Shown here piece by piece: positions 9,154 to 19,417 of a stretch of 64,000 bases of DNA. The notes under the pieces were generated by a model. The model worked only from the letters and a program-made list of their open reading frames with translations, was not told where the DNA came from and did not search any database. Numbering within the stretch: position 1 is the stretch's first letter; each line of letters starts with the position of its first letter. Both the position numbers and the translations under genes were made by a program. Origin of the DNA: Bordetella parapertussis (GTDB taxonomy: Bacteria; Pseudomonadota; Gammaproteobacteria; Burkholderiales; SG8-41); assembly GCA_945864585.1 (NCBI GenBank), contig CAMBCF010000008.1, positions 5,689 to 69,688 on the forward strand, in the 5' to 3' direction.

Positions 9154-9675
9154 ATGCTCTTCGGATTACCTTTCAACCTCATGACCCAGCGTTTATCTTC
9201 CGTGCTCTGCGTGCGCGAGTTGCTTGCCGTTGCGCTGGCGGTTTTCTGTGGCGGCGCCAGCGCTGCCGAGCCCCGCACCTACACCAGCGATCTCGCCATC
9301 CTCTACAACGAGTATCAGCGCGTGCTGGTATTGCGCGACGCCTGCATCATCGCGCAGCCCGCGAAGCGCGAAGTATATTCCGAGGCCTATCAAGACTGGC
9401 TCGCGCGGCACGAACGCATTGTTGATGATCTGGATAACCGCTTCGCGGCCATCGTCAAGCGCGCCTCGAAAAATCAGGCTGACTACTCGAAAAATTACGG
9501 CAAGTATCAGTCCGAGGTCTATCAAATGCGCGCCGAAGGCATTAAAGTATTGCTCGCCAACAAGCAGAACCTCGCACTACAGTGCGAAGAATTTCCCGCG
9601 TACGTGCGGCATCCGAAATCCGATATTCCGGCGCTGTTTCCCGCGGAGTTCAAAAGCGTTTACCGCGTGCGTTGA
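9154..9675 (+). CDS. Hypothetical exported protein (start may be ATG 9181)
   Basis: Signal-peptide-like segment, typical codon usage, fills intergenic space. Confidence 0.6.
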   Translation: MLFGLPFNLMTQRLSSVLCVRELLAVALAVFCGGASAAEPRTYTSDLAILYNEYQRVLVLRDACIIAQPAKREVYSEAYQDWLARHERIVDDLDNRFAAIVKRASKNQADYSKNYGKYQSEVYQMRAEGIKVLLANKQNLALQCEEFPAYVRHPKSDIPALFPAEFKSVYRVR

Positions 9676-9772
9676 TGCCGCGTGCGAGGACCTATTTGCG
9701 CCTGTGCTGCGTGCAGGAGTACGCTGCGCTGCGTGCTGGAGTAGAATCCGCCCTTTATCAAGGAGCAACAGC

Positions 9773-9898
9773 ATGGGCAGAGGCGATAAACGCACGGCGA
9801 AGGGCAAGACGTTCAAAGGTTCTTACGGCAACTCGCGGCCGCAGGGCAAAAAGGCCGTAAAAGCGGTTGCGGTCAAAAAATCCACCAAAAAGGCGTGA
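9773..9898 (+). CDS. 30S ribosomal protein bTHX (Thx)
   Basis: MGRGDKRTAKGKTFKGSYGNSRP..., 41 aa, Lys-rich; RBS AAGGAG upstream. Confidence 0.88.
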   Translation: MGRGDKRTAKGKTFKGSYGNSRPQGKKAVKAVAVKKSTKKA

Positions 9899-9946
9899 TG
9901 CGCCGCGCGCGGGCGACGTTTCGCTCGCTGCGCCCTAACGGCACCC

Positions 9947-10213
9947 TCACAGTACCTTGACCACCAGCGGGTGGTCGCAAAGCGCCTGATATAAACCATC
10001 CAGTTGGCTGCGCGACGTCGCGCGTATGGTGCAGGTGAGGCTCAGGTATTTACCCTTGCTGCTGGGACGCATTTCCATTTCAGATCCGTCGTAATCGGGC
10101 GCATGGCGCTTGACCACTTCGAGTATGGCCTGCGCGTAGCCCGCGCGCTGATAGCCGATAATCTTCAGCGGAAAGTCACACGGAAAATCGAGCAGGCTGG
10201 GTTCTTCGGCCAT
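9947..10213 (-). CDS. ybeD: YbeD/DUF493 family protein
   Basis: LLDFPCDFPLKIIG, SSKGKYLSLT; usual neighbour of lipB. Confidence 0.9.
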   Translation of the reverse strand: MAEEPSLLDFPCDFPLKIIGYQRAGYAQAILEVVKRHAPDYDGSEMEMRPSSKGKYLSLTCTIRATSRSQLDGLYQALCDHPLVVKVL

Positions 10214-10248
10214 GACATCACGAGACGCTGGGGGTGCCGTCGCGCGCC

Positions 10249-11106
10249 TTACTGGGCGCGCATGACTTCGCGCTTGAATTCCTGATACAGCGCGTGCATG
10301 CGGCGAAACAGCATGCCCGGCGCGCCGCCGCCGACCGGTTTGCAGTCGAGCGTGGTGATGGCGAGCACTTCCTTGGTGGACGACGTAACCCAGATTTCAT
10401 CGGCGCTGCGTGTTTCAGCTTCGGAGATTTCGCGCACCTCGACTTCAAACTCGCGCGCGCGCGCGATTTCGAGCACCACGTCGTAGGTAATGCCGGGCAG
10501 CACCAGGTTATTTTTCGGCGGCGCCAGCAGCACGCCATTTTTCACCACGAACACATTGCTGGCCGACGCTTCGGTGAGCTTGCCGTCGCGAAACAGAATG
10601 GTCTCCACCGCGCCCGCGTCCACCGCCATCTGGCGCAGCAGGCAATTGCCGAGCAGCGACACCGATTTCACATCGCATTTCAGCCATCTGAAATCGGATG
10701 CGGTAATCGCCGCCACGCCACGATCGATTTGCGCTTGCGGCGGCGTGGTGAGCGGGCTCGACATCATGAATACCGTCTGCTTCACATCCTTCGGAAACGC
10801 GTGATCGCGCCTGGCGACGCCGCGCGTAACCTGCAGATAGATCGATTGGTCGTCGCCTTCATTTTTCGCGATGATCTGGCGCATCAGCGATGTCCATTCG
10901 CTGTCGTCAAAGGGATTGGCGAGCCGTATGCCGTCGAGACTGTGTTGCAGGCGCCGCAGATGTTCCGCCAGTCGAAACGGGCGGCGGGTATACGCGGGCA
11001 CCACTTCGTAGACGCCGTCACCGAAAATAAAGCCGCGATCGAGCACCGGTATGCGGGCTTCGTCCAACGGCATGAATGCGCCATTCAGATAAACTATTTC
11101 GCTCAT
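10249..11106 (-). CDS. dat: D-amino acid aminotransferase (class IV PLP)
   Basis: DRGFIFGDGVYEV, YLQVTRG, RWLKCDVKS, LPGIT. Confidence 0.9.
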   Translation of the reverse strand: MSEIVYLNGAFMPLDEARIPVLDRGFIFGDGVYEVVPAYTRRPFRLAEHLRRLQHSLDGIRLANPFDDSEWTSLMRQIIAKNEGDDQSIYLQVTRGVARRDHAFPKDVKQTVFMMSSPLTTPPQAQIDRGVAAITASDFRWLKCDVKSVSLLGNCLLRQMAVDAGAVETILFRDGKLTEASASNVFVVKNGVLLAPPKNNLVLPGITYDVVLEIARAREFEVEVREISEAETRSADEIWVTSSTKEVLAITTLDCKPVGGGAPGMLFRRMHALYQEFKREVMRAQ

Positions 11107-11124
11107 GAACACCTCAATCAAAAC

Positions 11125-12258
11125 TTATTGCAACGACAGCCGCAGCGCATCCCATGTGCGCCCCAGTATACCGGCCACCGGCACGTCTTCCAGCGCCACC
11201 ATCGGCAGCGTGTGATAAGGCTTGCCGTTGAGTTCCAGCCTGAGCGTGGCGATGGGCTGTCCGGTGCGCAGCGGTGCGAGCAGCGGCTGCTGGCTTTCGA
11301 TGGTGGCTTTCAGAGTGCCCGCCTGACCCTTGGGCACGGTGATATACAACCCCGCCACAAAGCCTGCTTTGACGTTGTTGATAGCGCCTTTCCACACGCG
11401 CGGCGTAGTGGCCGCCTGCTGCGCGTCATACAGGCGCACGGTATCAAAATTCTGGTAGCCGTAATTTAGTAGTTTCTGGCTTTCGGCGGCGCGCGCGGCA
11501 TCCGATGTGGCGCCCAGCACCACCGACACCAGCCGCCGATTGTCGCGTTTGGCGGAGCTGATCAAACAATAACCGGCGGCCTCGGTGTGGCCGGTTTTTA
11601 CCCCGTCCACTGTCGGATCGCGCCACAGCAGGCGGTTGCGATTGGGTTGGGTAATTTCGTTGTAGCGGTATTCCTTTTGCGCGTAGAGCGGATAGTACTC
11701 CGGGAACTCGCGTATCAGCGTCGCGGTGAGTTGCGCCAGATCGCGCGCAGTAGAGGTGTGCCGGGGCGCGGGCAAGCCGGTGGAATTGGCGAATTCGGTG
11801 CTGTTAAGCCCCATGCGCCTGGCTTCCTGATTCATGCGCGCGACGAAAGCCTCTTCGCCGCCCGACACGGCTTCAGCCAGCGCGATGGCGGCGTCGTTGC
11901 CCGATTGAATGATCATGCCGCGTAGCAACTCGTTTACGGTGACGGGAATGTCGGTCTGGATAAACATGCGCGAGCCGATTGCGCGGCGCGCTTTCTCGGA
12001 CACCGGCACCACCTGTTCGGGTTTGATTGTTTTCTGTTTGAGCGCCTCAAACACCAGGTACGCGGTCATCAGCTTGGTGAGCGAAGCCGGCTCGAAACGT
12101 TCGTCGTGTTTGTAACCGGTGATGAGTTGCCCGCTTTGGGTGTCGAGCAATGCCCACGAGCGTGCGGCGATCTGCGAGGCGGGCGGATCGGCAGCGCGCA
12201 CAGGAGCGGCACACAGTGCGGCGCAAACCGGTAGCCAGGAAAAAATTCGATATAACAC
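11125..12258 (-). CDS. dacA: D-alanyl-D-alanine carboxypeptidase (PBP5/6)
   Basis: SxxK (ASLTK), SGN, KTG motifs. Confidence 0.92.
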   Translation of the reverse strand: MLYRIFSWLPVCAALCAAPVRAADPPASQIAARSWALLDTQSGQLITGYKHDERFEPASLTKLMTAYLVFEALKQKTIKPEQVVPVSEKARRAIGSRMFIQTDIPVTVNELLRGMIIQSGNDAAIALAEAVSGGEEAFVARMNQEARRMGLNSTEFANSTGLPAPRHTSTARDLAQLTATLIREFPEYYPLYAQKEYRYNEITQPNRNRLLWRDPTVDGVKTGHTEAAGYCLISSAKRDNRRLVSVVLGATSDAARAAESQKLLNYGYQNFDTVRLYDAQQAATTPRVWKGAINNVKAGFVAGLYITVPKGQAGTLKATIESQQPLLAPLRTGQPIATLRLELNGKPYHTLPMVALEDVPVAGILGRTWDALRLSLQ

Positions 12259-12306
12259 GGCGCGATTATACGCGGCTAAGACAGCGGGCGCGCACCTGAC
12301 CCGGGG

Positions 12307-12501
12307 TTACGATTTATCCTTGCCCTGCTCGAGATACCGCTTAAGCGCGGCGCGTATCAGCCTGCTGTTGTTCTGAAAACTGCGGCAGCCGCTGCAAATG
12401 AACAGGTGAAAACGCAACCACAGTTTTTCGACCGCGCTCAGCGGTTCCTCGTGCTGGCGGGAAATCAATGCGGAGACATCTCTGCAGGTCAGCTTTTTCA
12501 C
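12307..12501 (-). CDS. Small zf-HC2 (anti-sigma-type zinc finger) protein
   Basis: CRDVSALIS...HLFICSGC (HxxxCxxC). Confidence 0.75.
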   Translation of the reverse strand: MKKLTCRDVSALISRQHEEPLSAVEKLWLRFHLFICSGCRSFQNNSRLIRAALKRYLEQGKDKS

Positions 12502-12563
12502 GGTTTAAAAACAAATACTTATAAACAGTTTTTGCAATGGTGCGCGGGATTGCGCGCGCGACC

Positions 12564-12591
12564 CTTGAATTTACCCGGCAGGCTCCCATAT
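12564..12591 (+). promoter_or_regulatory. Sigma-32 (RpoH) promoter of hsp20
   Basis: CTTGAA-N14-TCCCATAT, close to the CTTGAA/CCCCATNT consensus. Confidence 0.8.
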
Positions 12592-12643
12592 TCAAAGCAT
12601 CGGCGCAAGCGGCACTGGCGCCACAATAAATGGAGATGACATC

Positions 12644-14072
<1,429 letters not shown>

Positions 14073-14077
14073 GGGGT

Positions 14078-14737
14078 GTGATGCAACGAGGCGGCGCATG
14101 GATCTTCGATCTCGACAACACCCTGCACAATGCCGCGGTGCATGTGTTTCCGCGCATCAACCGCGCCATGACCCAGTATGTGCAAACGCATCTGCACCTC
14201 GATGAAGCGCAAGCCAACGCGCTGCGCCACTGCTACTGGCGGCGTTATGGCGCAACGATACTGGGTCTGATTCGCCATCATGACACCGACCCTGCGCATT
14301 TTCTGTGGCACACGCATCAGTTTCCGGATTTGCATCGCGTGCTGATCGCCGAGCCCATGCTGCGCGCCAGCTTGAACCGGCTGCCCGGACGCAAGTTTGT
14401 GTTCTCCAACGCGCCGGCGCATTACGCGCAAAGCGTGTTGCGCGCGCTGGGCATCTTTGATCTGTTTTCCGCCGTCTACACCATAGAGCGCACCGGTTAC
14501 CGGCCCAAGCCCGACGCCTTCGGATTTCTGCATTTGTGCCGCAGCCACCATTTGCGTCCGCGCCGCTGTATCATGGTCGAAGACAATCTGGATAATTTGC
14601 GCACCGCCAAGCGGCTGGGGATGAAGACGGTATGGGTAACCGGCGCGTCCGTGTTGAAAAGCAAAGCACCGGGCTATGTCGACAATACCGTGCGCAGCGT
14701 GGCAAAGCTGCCGGGGTTGCTTGAAAGATATCCCTAG
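14078..14737 (+). CDS. Pyrimidine 5'-nucleotidase (HAD family)
   Basis: WIFDLDNTL, RPKP, MVED; argB-HAD-slmA synteny. Confidence 0.88.
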   Translation: MMQRGGAWIFDLDNTLHNAAVHVFPRINRAMTQYVQTHLHLDEAQANALRHCYWRRYGATILGLIRHHDTDPAHFLWHTHQFPDLHRVLIAEPMLRASLNRLPGRKFVFSNAPAHYAQSVLRALGIFDLFSAVYTIERTGYRPKPDAFGFLHLCRSHHLRPRRCIMVEDNLDNLRTAKRLGMKTVWVTGASVLKSKAPGYVDNTVRSVAKLPGLLERYP

Positions 14738-14746
14738 GGGAAACGC

Positions 14747-15331
14747 GTGGCCAGATCTTCAGACCGCAAGAATCAGATTCTGCAAACGCTGGCGCAAATG
14801 CTCGAAGGCCCGGCTGCGGCAAAAATCACCACGGCCGCGCTGGCCAAGCGTCTCGATGTATCCGAGGCCGCCTTGTACCGGCATTTTTCCGGCAAGGCGC
14901 AGATGTTCGAGGGGCTGATTGAGTTTATCGAGCAGACCTTGTTCGCGCTCATCAACAAAATCACCTCCGAGGAAAAAAGCGGCTTGCGGCAGGCCGAGGC
15001 GGTGATCGGCGTGCTGTTGGGGTTCGCGCAAAAAAATCGCGGCATGACGCGGGTGCTGATCGGCGATGCGCTGGTTAATGAAGATGAAAAATTGCAAATG
15101 CGAATCAATCAGCTGCATGAGCGCCTGGAGGCGACGCTGCGCCAATCCCTGCGTTTCGCGCTAAGCGCGAATGAAATCGCGCAAGATGTCGATGCCGCCG
15201 CGCACGCCAATCTCATCATGAGCTACATCATTGGCCGCTGGCACCAGTTCGCGAAAAGCGGTTTCAAGCGCGACCCGGCTGAAACGTGGGGCCGGCAATG
15301 GAAGCAGCTGATGGAAGGCGTGCTGGCGTAG
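14747..15331 (+). CDS. slmA: Nucleoid occlusion factor SlmA (TetR family)
   Basis: KITTAALAKRLDVSEAALYRHF, MFEGLIEFIE. Confidence 0.93.
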   Translation: MARSSDRKNQILQTLAQMLEGPAAAKITTAALAKRLDVSEAALYRHFSGKAQMFEGLIEFIEQTLFALINKITSEEKSGLRQAEAVIGVLLGFAQKNRGMTRVLIGDALVNEDEKLQMRINQLHERLEATLRQSLRFALSANEIAQDVDAAAHANLIMSYIIGRWHQFAKSGFKRDPAETWGRQWKQLMEGVLA

Positions 15332-15367
15332 TGGTTTTAATTGTAAGGCACCATAAGGAGTTGAATC

Positions 15368-15682
15368 ATGTCCGATCTCACCACCGAACAGTTGGCGGAA
15401 CTGTTGCTGGGCATCGCGCGTTCACAACTGGCGATGGCCGATGCCATTGAAAGCGCGAAAGCCGGTTTCAAGGCCACGCATCTTCGACCCAATGTCGAAA
15501 GCGCCGCGCGCATCAAAATGAATCGGCCGGTGGTGCTTTCCGATTTCCCGTCGCGCCTGCTGCTGCAGATGCTGGGGCGCAATGCGCCGGCGCAAGCGAT
15601 GGTGACGCGCGATTTGCAGGCGCTTTTGGGGCACAGCGCGGCGGCGCAAGGCAGCGGCGATTCGCTCGATATGACGACCTAG
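15368..15682 (+). CDS. Hypothetical protein
   Basis: RBS AAGGAG, 104 aa, typical codon usage. Confidence 0.7.
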   Translation: MSDLTTEQLAELLLGIARSQLAMADAIESAKAGFKATHLRPNVESAARIKMNRPVVLSDFPSRLLLQMLGRNAPAQAMVTRDLQALLGHSAAAQGSGDSLDMTT

Positions 15683-15703
15683 AAATCGGCAAGCCGGCGG
15701 CGT

Positions 15704-16462
15704 TCACGCGCCGGCGCGCATTGCGCATATCGCGCACCGAGGGTCTTGTTTCAGCCGAATGGTGCGGATATCCATCGTCAGCGCATCGATCAGCAATAAT
15801 TTGCCGCTGAGAATTTCTCCCGCGCCGGTCAGCACTTTCAGCGCTTCGGCGGCTTGTATGCAACCGATGATGCCGGTCAGCGGCGCGAACACACCCATCA
15901 CCGCGCAGCGCAGTTCTTCGCTTTGCGCATCTTCCGGGAACAGGCACGCATAACACGGCGCAGTTGCGTCGCGCATGTCGAACACCGCAACCTGTCCATC
16001 GAAGCGCACGCCCGCACCTGAGACCAGCGCCTTTTTGTGTTTGAAGCAGGCGCGATTGACGGCATGGCGCGTAGCGAAGTTGTCGCAGCCATCGATCACC
16101 ACATCGGCACGCGCCACCAGCCGATCGAGTTCGTCGCCGGCGACGCGCGAGGCTATCATTTCCACCCGGGTTTCCGGGTTCACACCCGCCAGCGTTTCGC
16201 GCGCGGACGCCACCTTGGGCCGGCCGATCGCGTCCGTGCGATGCACGATCTGCCGTTGCAGATTGGTGAGATCCACGTTGTCGTCGTCGCACAGGGTGAG
16301 TGTGCCCACGCCGGCCGCCGCCAGATACAGCGCGATGGGCGAACCCAGTCCGCCCGCACCAATTAGCAGTGCGCGCGCGGCGCGCAGCTTTTCCTGACCT
16401 TCGATGCCGATTTCCGGCAGCAGGATGTGGCGGCTGTAACGCAATAATTGTTCGTCGTTCAT
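15704..16462 (-). CDS. moeB: HesA/MoeB/ThiF family adenylyltransferase
   Basis: RYSRHILL, GAGGLG, NLQRQ, CYAC and CAIC Zn motifs. Confidence 0.88.
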   Translation of the reverse strand: MNDEQLLRYSRHILLPEIGIEGQEKLRAARALLIGAGGLGSPIALYLAAAGVGTLTLCDDDNVDLTNLQRQIVHRTDAIGRPKVASARETLAGVNPETRVEMIASRVAGDELDRLVARADVVIDGCDNFATRHAVNRACFKHKKALVSGAGVRFDGQVAVFDMRDATAPCYACLFPEDAQSEELRCAVMGVFAPLTGIIGCIQAAEALKVLTGAGEILSGKLLLIDALTMDIRTIRLKQDPRCAICAMRAGA

Positions 16463-16541
16463 GGCGGCGAAAAAATTACGCCCGGCCGAGCTGGCGCAAC
16501 CGGGCGTGGATTGTGGGTAACTATTTGTTTCTAAAACATTT

Positions 16542-17996
16542 TTAGTTCGCGCCTGTGACAGCAGCGCCACGCGACTTCAAAAACGCCAGCGCCTGATTCA
16601 ACTCGTAGTCTTTCTTCGACACCACTTCACCGGGGCCGGGACGCAGTTCCTTGAGATCGATTTCGGGCCGCGCCTCCGGCGTGAAGTTGTATTTGGCGCG
16701 CGCGGCGGCAAGCGCTTTTTCTTTCTCCAAATCTTTTGCCGCAGGCGTAGTCGGCGCCGCGGGTGCGGTAGATTTGCCGTCACCCAGATGTTTACTCAAG
16801 TCCGCTTCGCGCAGTCGCAGGCTGGCGTTTTTGTCGATGGCGCTTTCCAGCGGAATATCCGGCGTAATGCCCTTGGCTTGTATCGAACGCCCGTTCGGCG
16901 TGTAGTAGCGCGCGGTGGTGAGCTTGATCGCGGTGTTGTTACCCAGCGGCAATATGGTTTGCACCGAACCTTTGCCGAAGGTTTGCTGGCCCATGATGAC
17001 GGCACGCTCGTGATCCTGCAGCGCACCGGCGACAATTTCCGAAGCAGAGGCGGAGCCGCTGTTGACCAGCACCACCATCGGCAGCTTTTTAATGGCGGCG
17101 GGCAGGCGGCTTACGAAATCCTGCCGGTTGCGGCCACGCAGATAATGTTCGGGACTGGCATTCAGCCGCATCCTGGAATCCTCCGCGCGACCTTCGGTGT
17201 AAACCACCAGCTTGCCAGGATCGACAAACATCGCGGTTACCGCCACCGCACTGTTCAGCAACCCGCCCGGATCGTTGCGCAGGTCGAGAATAATGCCGTT
17301 CATCGGCTCTTTGACATGCGCTTCAATGGCCTTGGCGAGCAGTTCGCCGGTGCCGTCCTGAAACTGCGTCACTCTGAAATACGCGTAGCCGGGCTCTAAG
17401 GTGGTGGCTTTAACGCTTTGAATTTTGATGACCGCACGCGTCAGTGTGAGCTCAATGGGATTGGGTTCGCCCTTGCGCACGATGGTCAGACGTATATTGG
17501 TGTTGGGTTTGCCGCGCATCTGTTTGACCGCATCGTTCAAGGTCATGCCTTTGACCGCGGTATCATCCAGCTTGACGATTAAATCGCCCGCCATCACCCC
17601 CGCACGCGAAGCCGGGGTGTCATCGATCGGCGAAATCACTTTCACAAAACCGTCTTCCATTCCCACTTCGATGCCAAGGCCGCCAAATTCGCCCTGCGTG
17701 CCCACCTGCATTTCGCGAAACGCTTCCTGATCGAGATAGGCCGAATGCGGATCAAGGCCGGTCAACATGCCGTTGATGGCCTCGGTGATGAGCTTTTTAT
17801 CTTCGACCGGCTCGACGTAATCCTGCTTGACGCGGCCGAACACCTCGGTGAACGCGCGCAACTCTTCGATCGGCAGCGGCAACTGCTGGCGCGAAGCGCC
17901 TTCACGCTGCGCCACGGCAGAATAGTTAAGGCTGATCGCGACGCCAATTACAATGCCGGCGATGATGAGGCCAAACTGCCCCAGTTTGTTACGCAT
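16542..17996 (-). CDS. ctpA: Carboxyl-terminal processing protease (S41)
   Basis: LDPHSAY, GLGIEV PDZ, DLRNDPGG, SASASEIVAGALQD, FGKGSVQ. Confidence 0.92.
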   Translation of the reverse strand: MRNKLGQFGLIIAGIVIGVAISLNYSAVAQREGASRQQLPLPIEELRAFTEVFGRVKQDYVEPVEDKKLITEAINGMLTGLDPHSAYLDQEAFREMQVGTQGEFGGLGIEVGMEDGFVKVISPIDDTPASRAGVMAGDLIVKLDDTAVKGMTLNDAVKQMRGKPNTNIRLTIVRKGEPNPIELTLTRAVIKIQSVKATTLEPGYAYFRVTQFQDGTGELLAKAIEAHVKEPMNGIILDLRNDPGGLLNSAVAVTAMFVDPGKLVVYTEGRAEDSRMRLNASPEHYLRGRNRQDFVSRLPAAIKKLPMVVLVNSGSASASEIVAGALQDHERAVIMGQQTFGKGSVQTILPLGNNTAIKLTTARYYTPNGRSIQAKGITPDIPLESAIDKNASLRLREADLSKHLGDGKSTAPAAPTTPAAKDLEKEKALAAARAKYNFTPEARPEIDLKELRPGPGEVVSKKDYELNQALAFLKSRGAAVTGAN

Positions 17997-18083
17997 GGAC
18001 TGCTCCAGTAAAAAATGCACTTTAATACGCGCTGCCAGCAAAATTGCCCTGCCACCTTGAAAGCTACCGCCACTCATTACCGA

Positions 18084-18121
18084 CGCTTACTACCGGCGCT
18101 TACTACCGGCGCTTACTACCG
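18084..18121. repeat. 13-bp tandem repeat x3 at the envC stop
   Basis: CGCTTACTACCGG CGCTTACTACCGG CGCTTACTACCG. Confidence 0.85.
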
Positions 18122-19417
18122 TCCGCCAACCCAGGATAACGGGTCAAAAGGCTTCCCCTGATGGCGAAGCTCAAAGTATAAACCTGATTCCGCGCCTCCG
18201 CCGCTGTTGCCGACGGTGGCTACCGCTTCTCCGCCGCCAATGTGCTCGCCCACGCGCTTGAGCAAAGTTTCGTTGTAGCCATACAGACTCATATAGTTCT
18301 CGCCGTGGTCGATAATCAACAGGTTGCCAAACCCCCGCAGCCAGTCGGCGTAGACCACCCGCCCGGCGGCGACGGCACGTACCGATTCCCCGCTGTTTGC
18401 CGCAAGAAACAGTCCCTTCCAGGTTAACCCGCCATCACTGCGTGGAGTGCCAAAGCGGCCCGCAAGTTCCCCCCGCACCGGCAACGCCAATTGGCCGCGC
18501 AGCCGCGAAAATGTCCCTACTATCGAGGTGGGCTCCGGTATGCGCTCGTTACGCTGGCGCGGCGCCGCCGCTTTGCCCGAGCTCGGCGGCGTTGCGGGCG
18601 CGCTGCGGGGAATGATGCGCGCAAGCTGCTCGATCAGCCGGCTTAAGCGTGTTTCGTTGCGTTGCATGGCGCCGATTTCATTGCGCTGGCGCACAATGTC
18701 GCTCGACAGGCGCGTCACTACATTGGCACGCTTGAGTTTTTCGGCTTCTAGGCGTTTGCGCTGGTTAATTTGCTCTGCGCCGATGGCGGCCAGTTCGGCG
18801 GCCTGGGCGGTGGTTTCCTGGCTCAGCGTTTTGAGCCGGGACATGCTGTCGCGCATGCCGCGTATGGCGTCGGCGCGCGCGCGCGCCACATAGCCGAGAT
18901 AGTGCAAAGCACGCGCGATGTCGTTGGGATTTTCACCGCTCAACAGCAACCGCAGCGCCTCGGGCGGTCCGCCCCCGTGGCGCAGATGCTGATCGTGCAG
19001 CAAGCGCGCGAAATTTTGCTGATGGCTCGCAAGCATCGCTGAAACCTTGCCCGTCTCGCCGCGCAAGGTTTCCGTGCGTCGTGAAACTTCGCTGGAAGAC
19101 TGCGCCAGGTCGGCGAGATCACGATTGGCGTCAGAGATCGCGCGCTCCGATTCACGCAGTGCGTCAGCGGCTTCGTTGCGCGAATCTTCCGCGCCCGCCA
19201 GCCGCTTTTGCAGCGCTTCAATGCGACCGCGCAGTTGCTGCAGCTCTTCCTTGGCGCCAGCGGCATTGGTGGCGGCGCATGGGCTTGTTGAAAACAAAAC
19301 AGCAAACAGCAAACCGCAGAGGCGCAGAGGCGCAGAGAACACCGCGCAGAGAGTTTCTCTGCGTTTCCTCTGCGCCTCTGCGCCTCTGCGGTGAGTCGTT
19401 GTTGACCTTTCGTTCAC
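18116..19417 (-). CDS. envC: Murein hydrolase activator EnvC (coiled coil + M23 domain)
   Basis: Long coiled coil, WKGLFL, GFGNLLIIDHG, LYFELR; gpmI-envC-ctpA synteny. Confidence 0.88.
   Translation of the reverse strand: MNERSTTTHRRGAEAQRKRRETLCAVFSAPLRLCGLLFAVLFSTSPCAATNAAGAKEELQQLRGRIEALQKRLAGAEDSRNEAADALRESERAISDANRDLADLAQSSSEVSRRTETLRGETGKVSAMLASHQQNFARLLHDQHLRHGGGPPEALRLLLSGENPNDIARALHYLGYVARARADAIRGMRDSMSRLKTLSQETTAQAAELAAIGAEQINQRKRLEAEKLKRANVVTRLSSDIVRQRNEIGAMQRNETRLSRLIEQLARIIPRSAPATPPSSGKAAAPRQRNERIPEPTSIVGTFSRLRGQLALPVRGELAGRFGTPRSDGGLTWKGLFLAANSGESVRAVAAGRVVYADWLRGFGNLLIIDHGENYMSLYGYNETLLKRVGEHIGGGEAVATVGNSGGGAESGLYFELRHQGKPFDPLSWVGGR
19313..19392. repeat. 80-bp palindromic element of CGCAGAGG units within the envC 5' end
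   Basis: 25-bp perfect inverted repeat 19313-19337 / 19368-19392 plus inner 8-bp hairpin. Confidence 0.9.

Noticed and set aside
12592-12643. ROSE RNA thermometer in the hsp20 leader
   Set aside because: No U(U/C)GCU motif pairing with the Shine-Dalgarno is visible
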